Below the pieces are notes generated by a model. The model saw nothing but the letters and a program-made list of their open reading frames with translations, searched no databases and had not been told where the DNA came from. DNA of 32,000 nt from Promethearchaeota archaeon. Its GTDB lineage: Archaea > Asgardarchaeota > Hermodarchaeia > Hermodarchaeales > Hermodarchaeaceae. Positions 18,466-27,588 of the stretch are shown piece after piece; the stretch's first letter is position 1; each line of letters starts with the position of its first letter. Location: positions 60,001 to 92,000 of the forward strand of contig JBHLMI010000006.1 of the NCBI GenBank assembly GCA_048938295.1, given 5' to 3'. A program made the translations under genes and the position numbers.

Positions 18466-19557
18466 CTAGGATTTGAGAACCTTTCTAGGAAGTTGTGCCA
18501 AGACCTTAATTGCGTCCTTCACAATGGCGTCAATTAGTTCAGCAACCGTGGGTAAATCCGATATGCGACCTGTCACCTCGCCACCAAACATCAGAGCAGT
18601 ATCGGATTTCCGGTCCAAGAGATCCACAAACCCTGATTGTTCTAGTTTCAATATGGCGTCATTCGAGTCGACTGGCTCGCCAAGGTAAAACCGGGGAACA
18701 TCGTCCAGTGTCTGCTCGACAAGCATCTCTGCCCGTTGGTTCCGAAGAAACCGCATCGGTCCAAATAACCCACGTCCAACAAGTGTTTGTCGTTCCTCAT
18801 GATTAATGATGGCGTCTTTCCAGATGGATTCGAAATCACTTTCTTGGGTCGCGATAAAACGTGTTCCCATTTGAATCCCTACTGCCCCTAAACAGAGGGC
18901 TGCAGCCAGGGATGCTCCATCACTGAACCCTCCTGCAGCGACGACGGGGGTTTTTACTGCCCGAGCCACCGCCGGTACTAACACCATCGAATGGACGGGG
19001 TCCCAGGAGACATGGGCACCACCTTCATGCCCAGAGGCCACAATCACATCAGCCCCTACCCGTTCAGCCTTCTTGGCATGATAGACAGAGGGCACCACAT
19101 GCACCCAGATGAGCCCATGTTTTTTGACTTCAGCCCACGGTGTCGGATTCCCGGCAGAGGTGATTAATACCCGCAGCCGCCGCTCAATATCGGAATCGCC
19201 ATTCCTAGCCTCAATGACCTGCTCGACGAACATCTTTGACGCTAATAGGAACTCTGCAGCCACAGGAACATTTACGCCAAAAACGCCCTTCGATGATTTT
19301 GTCCCCTTGGCCACTGCTTCCATGGATTTTTGTAATAACACCATTGGTGGATCATCGCCGAACAATCGTTTCGCATCCACCGGAGCCGCTTCGGGTAAGA
19401 GAGTGGCTGCCATCCCGATACTACTAATAACCCCTAAAGCCCCTGCATTAGAAACGGCGATGGCTAGGTCCTCAGTCTTATAGGGTCCCATGCCCCCTTG
19501 CAGAATGGGCACACGGATATCCAACAGATCACATAGGTCCGTATGAAGACGTGTCAT
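18466..19557 (-). CDS. Nitronate monooxygenase / FabK-like FMN-dependent oxidoreductase
   Basis: PILQGGMG, GVFGVN, GHEGGAH, VVAAGGFSDG, GIQMGTRFIAT. Confidence 0.9.
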   Translation of the reverse strand: MTRLHTDLCDLLDIRVPILQGGMGPYKTEDLAIAVSNAGALGVISSIGMAATLLPEAAPVDAKRLFGDDPPMVLLQKSMEAVAKGTKSSKGVFGVNVPVAAEFLLASKMFVEQVIEARNGDSDIERRLRVLITSAGNPTPWAEVKKHGLIWVHVVPSVYHAKKAERVGADVIVASGHEGGAHVSWDPVHSMVLVPAVARAVKTPVVAAGGFSDGASLAAALCLGAVGIQMGTRFIATQESDFESIWKDAIINHEERQTLVGRGLFGPMRFLRNQRAEMLVEQTLDDVPRFYLGEPVDSNDAILKLEQSGFVDLLDRKSDTALMFGGEVTGRISDLPTVAELIDAIVKDAIKVLAQLPRKVLKS

Positions 19558-19617
19558 GCTATAGCATGCCCAACCCTTGTGATTTAAATTTACACCTTGA
19601 AACCCGGTCGCATGCCG

Positions 19618-20013
19618 CTATTTTGAAGGCACATACGCGATGACATCAATTTCTATAGCCACTCCCTTCGGGAGTGTCGCAACACCGATCGTGGTACGAG
19701 CTGGGGGATCCAGGTCGAAGTAATTGCTATAGGCATCGTTAACTTCACCGAAATCATGCATGTTTGTCAAGTAAATCGTCGTCCGCACCACATCCGCAAG
19801 TCTTGCGCCTGCGGCATTTAGAATAGACTTCAAATTCTCCATACATTGCCGAGTTTGATTACCAATTGACCCGGTGACGAACTCACCAGTTTTGGGATTT
19901 ACAGGAACCTGTCCTGCCACAAACAAAAAATCACCTGCGCGGATTGCCTGACTATACGGTCCCACAGGCGAAGGAGCATCTTGGGTGAACACCCGAGTTT
20001 TCTTCGAGGGCAT
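19618..20013 (-). CDS. ridA: RidA/YjgF/UK114 family enamine/imine deaminase
   Basis: APSPVGPYSQAI, FVAGQVP, PPARTTIGV (catalytic Arg), LPKGVAIEID; ATG 20013 with GGAGATGA RBS (ORF-track extension to 20202 unlikely). Confidence 0.92.
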   Translation of the reverse strand: MPSKKTRVFTQDAPSPVGPYSQAIRAGDFLFVAGQVPVNPKTGEFVTGSIGNQTRQCMENLKSILNAAGARLADVVRTTIYLTNMHDFGEVNDAYSNYFDLDPPARTTIGVATLPKGVAIEIDVIAYVPSK

Positions 20014-20202
20014 CAAATCATCTCCAATAACCAGTAACGAGAGTAGACAGGAATCAGTGTGTACACTTATTATGCTTGCGATATAGGCGCACAGCACTAA
20101 ACTTTGACCGAGTGTAAAGGTTAAAAAACACCTACCATCCTGTGGGGATAATCTCCACCTGTAATACAAGGCGGGGAGTCCCTCAAAGGAGAGAAACATC
20201 AC

Positions 20203-20379
20203 ATGCCACCAAAAGTAGACGAAACAAAATGCACCGGTTGCGGTACCTGCGTCGACGTTTGCCCCAGCGAATGCTTCACCCTCGAAGACAACAAGTCCAA
20301 AGTCACCGACCCAGATGCGTGCGTCGAATGTGAAAGTTGTGTCGAGAACTGTCCTGAAAGCGCGATTGTTCTTGAGTGA
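20203..20379 (+). CDS. 2[4Fe-4S] ferredoxin (58 aa; absent from ORF track)
   Basis: MPPKVDETKCTGCGTCVDVCPSECFTLEDNKSKVTDPDACVECESCVENCPESAIVLE*: two CxxCxxCxxxCP motifs; AGGAG RBS upstream. Confidence 0.97.
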   Translation: MPPKVDETKCTGCGTCVDVCPSECFTLEDNKSKVTDPDACVECESCVENCPESAIVLE

Positions 20380-20487
20380 ATCTTACGGGATCCAGAGCTT
20401 AGCTCTCTTCTCACTAGATATAAGGTTTGAAGCAGAGCATGCCTAATTGTTGTAACTTTTAGTACTACTTCTGTACAACTACACTCC

Positions 20488-22188
20488 ATGAGGACAATAT
20501 TCCGCTCTTCAGGGCTCACGCTTTTCACGATTTTATTATGTGTTCAGCTTCTCCTCTCTCCATTTGTTTCTTCCTCATATCAGAACCTATCCTTGATAGC
20601 ACATGAACCAACTAACTCAGATCATTTTCAATTTCAGGCAACAGATGTTAGGTTTGGTCAAAACCGTCGTGTTAATACTGGAGGTTCAGGGTACTCCGAG
20701 CAAGTAGAACCCACATTAACGATTCTTAGTAATGGTTGCATCCTTATAGGATGGAAAGAAGCGGCCACTTCAACTGGACCAGGACTCCGGGTAGGCTTTG
20801 CTTATTCGGAAGATGATGGCTATTCATTCAGCAATAACACTCTTATGGCCACATTGGGTGGCGGTTCGCAATCCGATCCCTGGCTTGTAAAAGACCAGAA
20901 TGATAACGCTTATTTTACCTTCCTTGAATATGGCGGTTCTTCCGAGGGTATGGGTGTGGCGAAGACGATTGATGGTGGGTTGACATGGCAACCACCAACA
21001 CAAGCTAGTGATACGCCCGGAGAGCTTGATGACAAAGAAACCATGTGTGTCGATTCCAATGGGAATCTCTATTTGGTCTGGGATTTCATCTACTACAGTG
21101 GTGGTGCAGCCTTTCTGAAATTTACAAGATCTACAAATAGTGGTGCCTCCTTTGATCCCACTACAACACTTGGCCTTTGGGAAGAACGGGGTGGTATTCC
21201 CTATATCACCTGTTCAGCGAATAACACGCTCTATATGACAACATATGACTCAAGTGAAGCGTATCCAGATATGATTTATCTTTCAAAATCAATCGATTTA
21301 GGCAATACTTGGACAACACCTGCTAATGTGAACACCTGGGGTTACCCGAGCATTGCATTAATCACTGTATGTGCCACTGATAGCAATAATGATGTGTACA
21401 TCTGTTTTGCTGCAGGTTCCATTACTGATTATGAAGTCTATGTGACCAAATCAATAGATGGTGGTTTCTCTTGGTCCACACCGGTACAGATCAATGATAA
21501 GAGCACGAATATGCAACGAATGGTCGAGATGCACATTGATCCCGAAGATAATATTCATGTTGCCTGGTTAGATGGCAGTCTAGGTGAATGGAATATCTTC
21601 TACAGTTACTCAACTGACGGAGGAGCCACATTCTCTAATGATATTAAAATCACAAGTGAAGGCACACCATTCTCATACACACGCCCTGGTGACTACTTCA
21701 CATTGCGCTCTGGTCCCAATGGTCGACTCTACATTGTTTGGACCGATGGACGAGGCCAGGACCAGGATATCTACTTTGCAAAGCAGGATCTTTTAGCGCC
21801 ACAAATCAATCATACACCGCCAGTGTTTATATTGATACAAACACCTTTCAACGTCGAGGTTCAGGCATCAGATGATGACGCTATCGAACGGGTTGAATTT
21901 CATTATCGCATCGGAGACATAGGAACCTGGAATACTCAGCTTTTGACTCGTATCTCTTCAACATCCTATCAAGGAGAGATTGATGCTGATCGAATGATAG
22001 GATCTACGATTGCGTACTATTTTACCGTTAATGATTATGCCCAACGACAGACATTTCTTCCCGCTTCAGGATATTTCATTATTCCTCTACTACCGGTATC
22101 ACCAACGATGATCATCATAATTGTGGCCTCTATCATCATTATCACAATAGTTGTAATCTTTGCTATATGGTATCTTCGCCGACCATAA
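20488..22188 (+). CDS. Secreted, C-terminally anchored BNR/Asp-box (sialidase-fold) propeller protein with Ig-like domain
   Basis: Signal peptide; six Asp-boxes (SEDDGYSF, TIDGGLTW, STNSGASF, SIDLGNTW, SIDGGFSW, STDGGATF); APQINHTP Ig-like module; C-terminal TM + RR. Confidence 0.85.
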   Translation: MRTIFRSSGLTLFTILLCVQLLLSPFVSSSYQNLSLIAHEPTNSDHFQFQATDVRFGQNRRVNTGGSGYSEQVEPTLTILSNGCILIGWKEAATSTGPGLRVGFAYSEDDGYSFSNNTLMATLGGGSQSDPWLVKDQNDNAYFTFLEYGGSSEGMGVAKTIDGGLTWQPPTQASDTPGELDDKETMCVDSNGNLYLVWDFIYYSGGAAFLKFTRSTNSGASFDPTTTLGLWEERGGIPYITCSANNTLYMTTYDSSEAYPDMIYLSKSIDLGNTWTTPANVNTWGYPSIALITVCATDSNNDVYICFAAGSITDYEVYVTKSIDGGFSWSTPVQINDKSTNMQRMVEMHIDPEDNIHVAWLDGSLGEWNIFYSYSTDGGATFSNDIKITSEGTPFSYTRPGDYFTLRSGPNGRLYIVWTDGRGQDQDIYFAKQDLLAPQINHTPPVFILIQTPFNVEVQASDDDAIERVEFHYRIGDIGTWNTQLLTRISSTSYQGEIDADRMIGSTIAYYFTVNDYAQRQTFLPASGYFIIPLLPVSPTMIIIIVASIIIITIVVIFAIWYLRRP

Positions 22189-22367
22189 TTTCTTCACAGA
22201 AAGCGTTGGTCAGGATTACTTAGCTTCCCGACTAATGACCATAATACGATATACAAATCCTTGTTTTTAACCTTCAAGTAGGTTGAGAGCTAATCTTCTA
22301 GTTTAAGGTGTCCTAGAACGACTCCATGAAATCCGTGGCGTATCACAAGATATGTGTACAGTGTGGT

Positions 22368-22409
22368 TTAAACTGGATAGGGTTCTTTGTCTCCAGGTGG
22401 ATGAGTCAT
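22368..22409 (-). CDS. Candidate 13-aa micropeptide MTHPPGDKEPYPV
   Basis: ATG at 22409 preceded by GGTGATGA; TAA at 22370-22368; divergent from 22707 regulator. Confidence 0.25.
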   Translation of the reverse strand: MTHPPGDKEPYPV

Positions 22410-22706
22410 CAAGTCATCACCATGACGAGTGGGTGACTTCGTCTTCGTTTGATGGGAATAAAAGGCGACAAAAAGCGGGAGTCTAATGGAGAATATGATG
22501 TAAACGCGGTTCTTATGTGTTAAAATAGCTCAAGCAGCGTTCATTATGGTGTAAATGTGATTTCACATAACAGAGGGTGTTTGTTTAAGATTCTGGTAAT
22601 TATTTTCTAAGAAAAGTGCGAAAAAAATTACTTTTTCTGGCAATTTTATCTCGGAAATTTTCACGATAAGTAAGGCTTTTGGGCATGTTAAATCGGTGTT
22701 ATCATC

Positions 22707-24107
22707 ATGGCGGGAGTGATCGACCACCCACTGATTGAACTCGCCGATCAGATCGTGGCGAGAACACAACCAGTGGAGGAGAGAGCATCGATTCAACGTA
22801 GATTATACAATATCATTCTTTACATCAAACGGGTTGAAAACAAAGAATTAACTCAAAAAGAAAGAGAATTTCTGGCACATCGCAAACTCGGTATAACAGC
22901 AATGGCTGCCTCCCAAGAGCTTGCGGATGGCTTAAGAGACCGGATTCGAATAATTAACGAGTATCACATTGAGTCCGCTTTTCGGATTTATGAAATGCTT
23001 GAATATGGCTTCGAGATTACCTCGCCACGCTCACTTTCAAAAAAGCAGGTATTGATTCTTCAAGAATTGGTAAAGGATCCAATGATGAAAGTGTCCCAGC
23101 TGAGCACACGGTTAAACAAATCCCGTCATACTGTTACCAAGATTTTAAATGAATTGGAAGAGCATTTCGCACTTAGCCGCCTTTATGTAGCAAATCGAGG
23201 GAAACTGAAGCTATCGTCTTTCATTCTGTTTTTTCAAACTAAGTCTTACCAGCATTCAAAAGCACTTGAATCTTGGGTTCGAAAATCGCCACCGTTATTT
23301 GGGACCACCCTTGTCTTTGATGTGACATTTCGTAATGGATATCTCGGATATGCTATTCCATCCCAACATCGAGCATACCGGCTGTTTACTGACCGTCTAA
23401 GACGTTTAGAACAGACCTATTTCAAACGAACTCAACTCCAAGAATTAACAGAACATTTTTGGAACATCCGTTTTGACTATTATGACTCGGGCCAAGGACA
23501 GTGGTTAATTCCCCCTGTATTGAAAGACCCTTCAGAACTTCCAAGGATAGGGCAAACAGAGAATTCAGGAATCACCTATTGCACTCATGCTGACTTGGGA
23601 GAACCTGGGGATTTTGACTGTATTGATCTTCTTATCACCAAAGCAAAAATCAAAGCACAGGACACCATCGCAAATATCCAAGCTTATCTCACTCAATACG
23701 GTTACCAACTCCCATATCCGGTGGTATCACAGCGCATCAATCGACTAACACAGGAAGGAATACTTTTTCCACATCTCTATTTCAGCGGAGCGGGAATCGA
23801 AGAATTCGTTGGACTGGGGATTACCTGTCAACCAAAAACCCGATACCAACTCCAGATACTCGCATCATATTTTCCGCTTTCTTTCACATATTTGTCCAAA
23901 CAAGGAATTACGATTTTTATCAAACTCCCGATGGGATGGAGAGACTTCTTTTCCAAATTCGTTCATGACCTACCCTCAGTCTATGACATTGGAGAAGTAA
24001 TGGTGGTTCATCAGGAACGCAATTTTGGTAGCGGTCTCAAAGATGAAGTATATGTTCGTTGGAATGAAAAACGGCAGTATTGGGAATTTACCGACGACGA
24101 GATCTAG
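22707..24107 (+). CDS. Tandem (2x) Lrp/AsnC-like winged-helix regulator with extra N-terminal helical domain
   Basis: HTH LSKKQVLILQELVKDPMMKVSQLSTRLNKSRHTVTKILNEL; second degenerate HTH ...VVSQRINRLTQEGIL; each half ends in (Y/W)(D/N)xxxxxW. Confidence 0.7.
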   Translation: MAGVIDHPLIELADQIVARTQPVEERASIQRRLYNIILYIKRVENKELTQKEREFLAHRKLGITAMAASQELADGLRDRIRIINEYHIESAFRIYEMLEYGFEITSPRSLSKKQVLILQELVKDPMMKVSQLSTRLNKSRHTVTKILNELEEHFALSRLYVANRGKLKLSSFILFFQTKSYQHSKALESWVRKSPPLFGTTLVFDVTFRNGYLGYAIPSQHRAYRLFTDRLRRLEQTYFKRTQLQELTEHFWNIRFDYYDSGQGQWLIPPVLKDPSELPRIGQTENSGITYCTHADLGEPGDFDCIDLLITKAKIKAQDTIANIQAYLTQYGYQLPYPVVSQRINRLTQEGILFPHLYFSGAGIEEFVGLGITCQPKTRYQLQILASYFPLSFTYLSKQGITIFIKLPMGWRDFFSKFVHDLPSVYDIGEVMVVHQERNFGSGLKDEVYVRWNEKRQYWEFTDDEI

Positions 24108-24161
24108 ATACCCAGAAGGGGCATTCGTTGGAGGTGAATGCCCCATTGGATATCTGGGTAT
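24108..24161. terminator. Long hairpin between convergent genes (possible bidirectional terminator)
   Basis: ATACCCAGA(24108-16)/TCTGGGTAT(24153-61) enclosing GGGGCATTC(24118-26)/GAATGCCCC(24136-44). Confidence 0.55.
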
Positions 24162-24166
24162 GGTGC

Positions 24167-24442
24167 CTAATCGCGTCTCAAAATTCTCAGCTCAACCCCC
24201 CTAGTTGACTCAGAGGGCACAATGGTTATAGCCTTTGGTGTTTGTATACCAAAGTCCCGTGCAAGCGCTAGAAGGAGTAGGTTGCACACTGCGGCGAGTT
24301 GGCGGGAATGTTCTCGCTCCGAAAAACGATCGACGCAGAGATAACGAATTTTCTCGTGGGACACCTGGAGACTTACATCCGCATGGAAGGGGATATTAGA
24401 TTCGGATTGTTGAGGATCATGGGTAGGTGATTCGTTAGTCAA
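24167..24442 (-). CDS. Hypothetical protein (91 aa)
   Basis: TTG start with purine-rich upstream; fills the gap, convergent with 22707 and divergent from 24787; amphipathic helix RQLAAVCNLLLLALARDFG. Confidence 0.55.
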   Translation of the reverse strand: MTNESPTHDPQQSESNIPFHADVSLQVSHEKIRYLCVDRFSEREHSRQLAAVCNLLLLALARDFGIQTPKAITIVPSESTRGVELRILRRD

Positions 24443-24786
24443 AGTGCATCCCTTACTCTTGATCTTCTAGCGAGGTGTGGAGAAAGAGGGATAACGGGTT
24501 TGGTGGGAACATCCTTCTCCATATAACGGAAAGGGATTTTGCCTTTTAAGATAAGAATTAGAAACCTTAGTCAGGCTTTTTCTCCGAATAGGACACTAAT
24601 AGATGCCCGAAGATTAATTACGGATTCAAGCCAGCGTTTTACGGAATTTGGGAGGAGTACTTGCCATGTTGTGGAATAAAATTCAGCTATCAGCCGGGAA
24701 AATGTAACAGGAGATTTGTATTTGAGTCATTTTTTCTTTTTCATCCGTAATCTTAAGAATCATAAAAGGTCTAAAGAAAAGGTGGA

Positions 24787-26190
24787 ATGGACATCTATCA
24801 AGATAGACTTCTGAAACAAGGTCAACAAATCCTTAAAGGGATCGCCCCAGGAAATGATGCCACTCAGCTTCAGAAGCTTTTGAACCAACTTATCCATTAC
24901 CAACTTCGAGTACGTGGGATAACATCAATTGGCATACCTTCGGATTCACCCTTTTTTAACTCTCAAACAACATTACCCTCCCTCGACTTAGCTGCAGAGA
25001 TTGATTACCGATTAGCTCTATTAGCCTCCTATCAGTTATCGAAGCCTAAACGAATCGTCAAAACCCTCATGGCAGGATTACAAATAGAAAAGCCCCCACA
25101 ATTTACCCAATTACAAATCAGACTTCTAACGGAAATGCACCAAGACTCAAGAGTAGGCACAGTAAACCTTTCTAAAACGTTACATGTTAGCCCAAGGACA
25201 ATTAATCAGCAGAAACATGAATTGCTGTCAGCTTTTGGAGCACGAACAGCAGCGGTAATTGATCCCCATCGATTTGGGCTAGTCCATGTTGGAGTATGGT
25301 TCCGGGCAAATTCCCCTGAAGCATCACAAAGCATCGAACACTGGATTTTCCAGGAAGCACACCTCAACGGAGCTCTCCCCTTCCTGCATGGATTTGGATT
25401 TGATGTCAACCAACAAAATGGGCTCCTGATGCTATATTTACCAGACGAAAGGCGAGTACTAACACAATTCAACCAAACCCTGGAAAAACTAGCAGATTCT
25501 CATTTAGAAAGTTATGAGATAATTCCCTTCCAAGGCTTTTTCAGCAACGTGAATTTCAACACTTACGATTATGTTTCCCAGCAATGGCAGATAACCTCCG
25601 ATTTACGAACAGAAGGCACCCGTCGTTTCATCGAAGAGTACGGCCCCCAGTTTCCACCCCCACGGGGCAGCTTGTACCAAAAGAAACCGTTGGCATTCAC
25701 TCAAGCTGATTGGATACTCGCCCTCAGCATCTGCGAAGGATTAGTGGACCGGAAGGACCGACAACACATTATTGCTTCACACGGATTCCCTTTTGCAAAC
25801 AAAACTGGGTGGGCTCATGAGCATCGTTTAGAAAACGCTCAGGCATATATTCGGTACCTTACCTTCAGCAACTTACTCTTCGCCGAGATCATTTGTATTA
25901 TCGTAGTATGTGAAACTTCCATGGTTGACTTCTTTCACCAGTTTTCCACCCAATTTGCCATGAGCCGGCTTATGCCTACACCGGAGGGAGTTGTGGTTTT
26001 CATTGGGATCCCCACCCAGGCTTCAAGCTTCATAAACCAACTCATCCACACGCTCATCGATATTCCGGGTCTTCGTAATATCGACTTTTTACGGCTAAAG
26101 CGCAACCTCCCAAGCACACCCCCTATACATACTTTTCACCTTTGGAATCCCAGCCCTAAGCGCTGGAGCTACCCAAAATACGATGATTAA
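24787..26190 (+). CDS. Tandem (2x) Lrp/AsnC-like winged-helix regulator, paralog of 22707..24107
   Basis: 467 vs 466 aa; HTH FTQLQIRLLTEMHQDSRVGTVNLSKTLHVSPRTI; shared FDV..xNG, NxxFxxYD...QW and terminal WN...W motifs. Confidence 0.7.
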   Translation: MDIYQDRLLKQGQQILKGIAPGNDATQLQKLLNQLIHYQLRVRGITSIGIPSDSPFFNSQTTLPSLDLAAEIDYRLALLASYQLSKPKRIVKTLMAGLQIEKPPQFTQLQIRLLTEMHQDSRVGTVNLSKTLHVSPRTINQQKHELLSAFGARTAAVIDPHRFGLVHVGVWFRANSPEASQSIEHWIFQEAHLNGALPFLHGFGFDVNQQNGLLMLYLPDERRVLTQFNQTLEKLADSHLESYEIIPFQGFFSNVNFNTYDYVSQQWQITSDLRTEGTRRFIEEYGPQFPPPRGSLYQKKPLAFTQADWILALSICEGLVDRKDRQHIIASHGFPFANKTGWAHEHRLENAQAYIRYLTFSNLLFAEIICIIVVCETSMVDFFHQFSTQFAMSRLMPTPEGVVVFIGIPTQASSFINQLIHTLIDIPGLRNIDFLRLKRNLPSTPPIHTFHLWNPSPKRWSYPKYDD

Positions 26191-26191
26191 T

Positions 26192-26283
26192 GACGCCCTA
26201 ATTAAAATCAACAATAAAGCTTCGGCTCAAGATGTAAAAGGTGACGCAAAAAGGTGCGCCACCCTATAGCGGGATGGGGCGTC
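26192..26283 (+). ncRNA. Candidate structured RNA / cis-regulatory leader
   Basis: GACGCCC(26192-98)/GGGCGTC(26277-83) enclosing AGC-UUCG-GCU hairpin (26218-27) and GGTG-A-CGCA/TGCG-C-CACC hairpin (26240-63). Confidence 0.35.
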
Positions 26284-26323
26284 CATTTAATGAGGACATA
26301 AAGGAGGAGAGGGGGAGAGGGGA

Positions 26324-26365
26324 ATGAAAGACACAGGGAAAGGAGACCCCATCCTGTCGCCGTAA
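26324..26365 (+). CDS. Candidate 13-aa micropeptide MKDTGKGDPILSP
   Basis: ATG immediately after a purine-only tract with GGAGG/GGAGAGG SD sequences; TAA 26363-65. Confidence 0.3.
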   Translation: MKDTGKGDPILSP

Positions 26366-26723
26366 AGTTTTGGTTTTACCTCATTTGATGTCTTGTGTCG
26401 GGAAACTGGCATTCCGGAGAAGGTGGAAAAGTTGGGTTGGTAGAGGACTTACTCGTCGTGTAAGCTGTATTATTGTGCTCTATTCCACCTCGGGGAACTC
26501 CCGTTATCCAGTTTTATAGGGGGGTACTGAATTTAAAATGCTTTCCTTTTGCTTCTGCACGTTTTTTCCGGAAAATACTATAGAATCGGAAAAAACCAGG
26601 TTCAAGACGCATCTGAATAATGGGGAGAATATCGGGAGCGGAATATTTGTCCGCGCACGAGAAGGAAAAGCAATCACTTTTAAGGAGATAGTAAAGGATG
26701 TGTGCGCGGAGGGTTTCTCTGAA

Positions 26724-27437
26724 TTGCTCTTTATTCTTGAAACACCTTTCCATTTTGGAGTTATTCTACTGCTTGCTATTATCTTTCTCTTCTTCGCACT
26801 TTTTGGAATCATTGGCGTCCTCCGAAGTGAACACCCATCGCCTTCAGGGTGGTCGGGATTCTTGACTGTCGCCTTTGGTTTCTTCGCCTTCATCATCCTC
26901 GCCGCGTCTGTATTCTTGTTGCCTGCCACGGCGACAGCTAGTGAACTGTTCCCCTACTATCTTGCGGTGTATTCTTTCGTTGGATTACATGCATTCTTCA
27001 TGGTGTTCTATTTCCTCGACTTATCCTGGTTTAAGAAACGAATGTGGCTCGTGTATCTGCCAATTCTGGCAACGTTTTCCTGGATTGCTATCATGTGGTT
27101 TTATGTGACCCCGACGACTGTGAGCGTCGTCTCAGATGGAGTCCTCAACTTCATCGTGATGCCGTTGAACTTTTTGCTCTACTCTGCCTTCTTGACAGTA
27201 ATCTATCTATTCCTGGTTCCGACACTTGTTCTTTACAGGCTCGCAAAGGCCCGTGAAGGATCGATGAAGATGTGGACCTGGATTGGTTGGCTAGGTAGCC
27301 TGCTGTGGTTTATCTCTGTTCTACTTATGGCGCTTGTTCAGTACACTGCGCCGTTTATGATCTATATCTTCATTATCGCCTCGTTTGCTTGGATAATCAT
27401 ATTCATCGCATGGTACCTAACAACACAGAGAAGCTAG
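26724..27437 (+). CDS. Stand-alone 7TM membrane protein (HisKA_7TM/receptor-like topology)
   Basis: Seven hydrophobic helices; basic loops after TM3 and TM5; TTG 26724 follows GGAGGG and aligns with the paralog start (ORF-track start 26538 likely too long). Confidence 0.75.
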   Translation: MLFILETPFHFGVILLLAIIFLFFALFGIIGVLRSEHPSPSGWSGFLTVAFGFFAFIILAASVFLLPATATASELFPYYLAVYSFVGLHAFFMVFYFLDLSWFKKRMWLVYLPILATFSWIAIMWFYVTPTTVSVVSDGVLNFIVMPLNFLLYSAFLTVIYLFLVPTLVLYRLAKAREGSMKMWTWIGWLGSLLWFISVLLMALVQYTAPFMIYIFIIASFAWIIIFIAWYLTTQRS

Positions 27438-27588
27438 ATAGGATAATCCCAGATATCTGGCCTGTTACCTGAGATTCACAGGGAATGGGCCTCTCTTCCT
27501 TTTTCATCAAAGTCACTTAGTGAGTGGTACTGCTCTGAAAGTGGAAGTCTATTTATAGAAAATCGTTGGAGGACTTATTGGAGGGTAT

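Noticed and set aside
20142-20528. ORFs 20199..20528(-), 20142..20333(+) and RidA extension to 20202
   Set aside because: Explained by the ferredoxin at 20203..20379 and the RBS-supported RidA start at 20013
22326-22436. Plus-strand 36-aa ORF with CVQC (Zn-ribbon-like)
   Set aside because: Only one CxxC, poor RBS spacing, and it overlaps the minus-strand micro-ORF that has a better RBS; cannot be supported
24475-24549. Possible fourth micro-ORF (GTG)WRKRDNGFGGNILLHITERDFAF* sharing D-x-G-x-G-x-x-IL
   Set aside because: No convincing RBS and a different length; kept only as an instance of the nucleotide element
26240-26275. GGTGACGCAAA and TAGCGGG resemble pieces of the c-di-GMP-I (GEMM) riboswitch
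   Set aside because: The upstream GCAAA/GNRA P2 hairpin and the CUAA segment are not present in the expected order; only fragmentary similarity
26538-26723. N-terminal extension of the first 7TM ORF and antisense ORFs 26504..26929 and 26514..26753
   Set aside because: Paralog alignment and RBS place the start at TTG 26724; the upstream stretch is AT-rich promoter-like DNA
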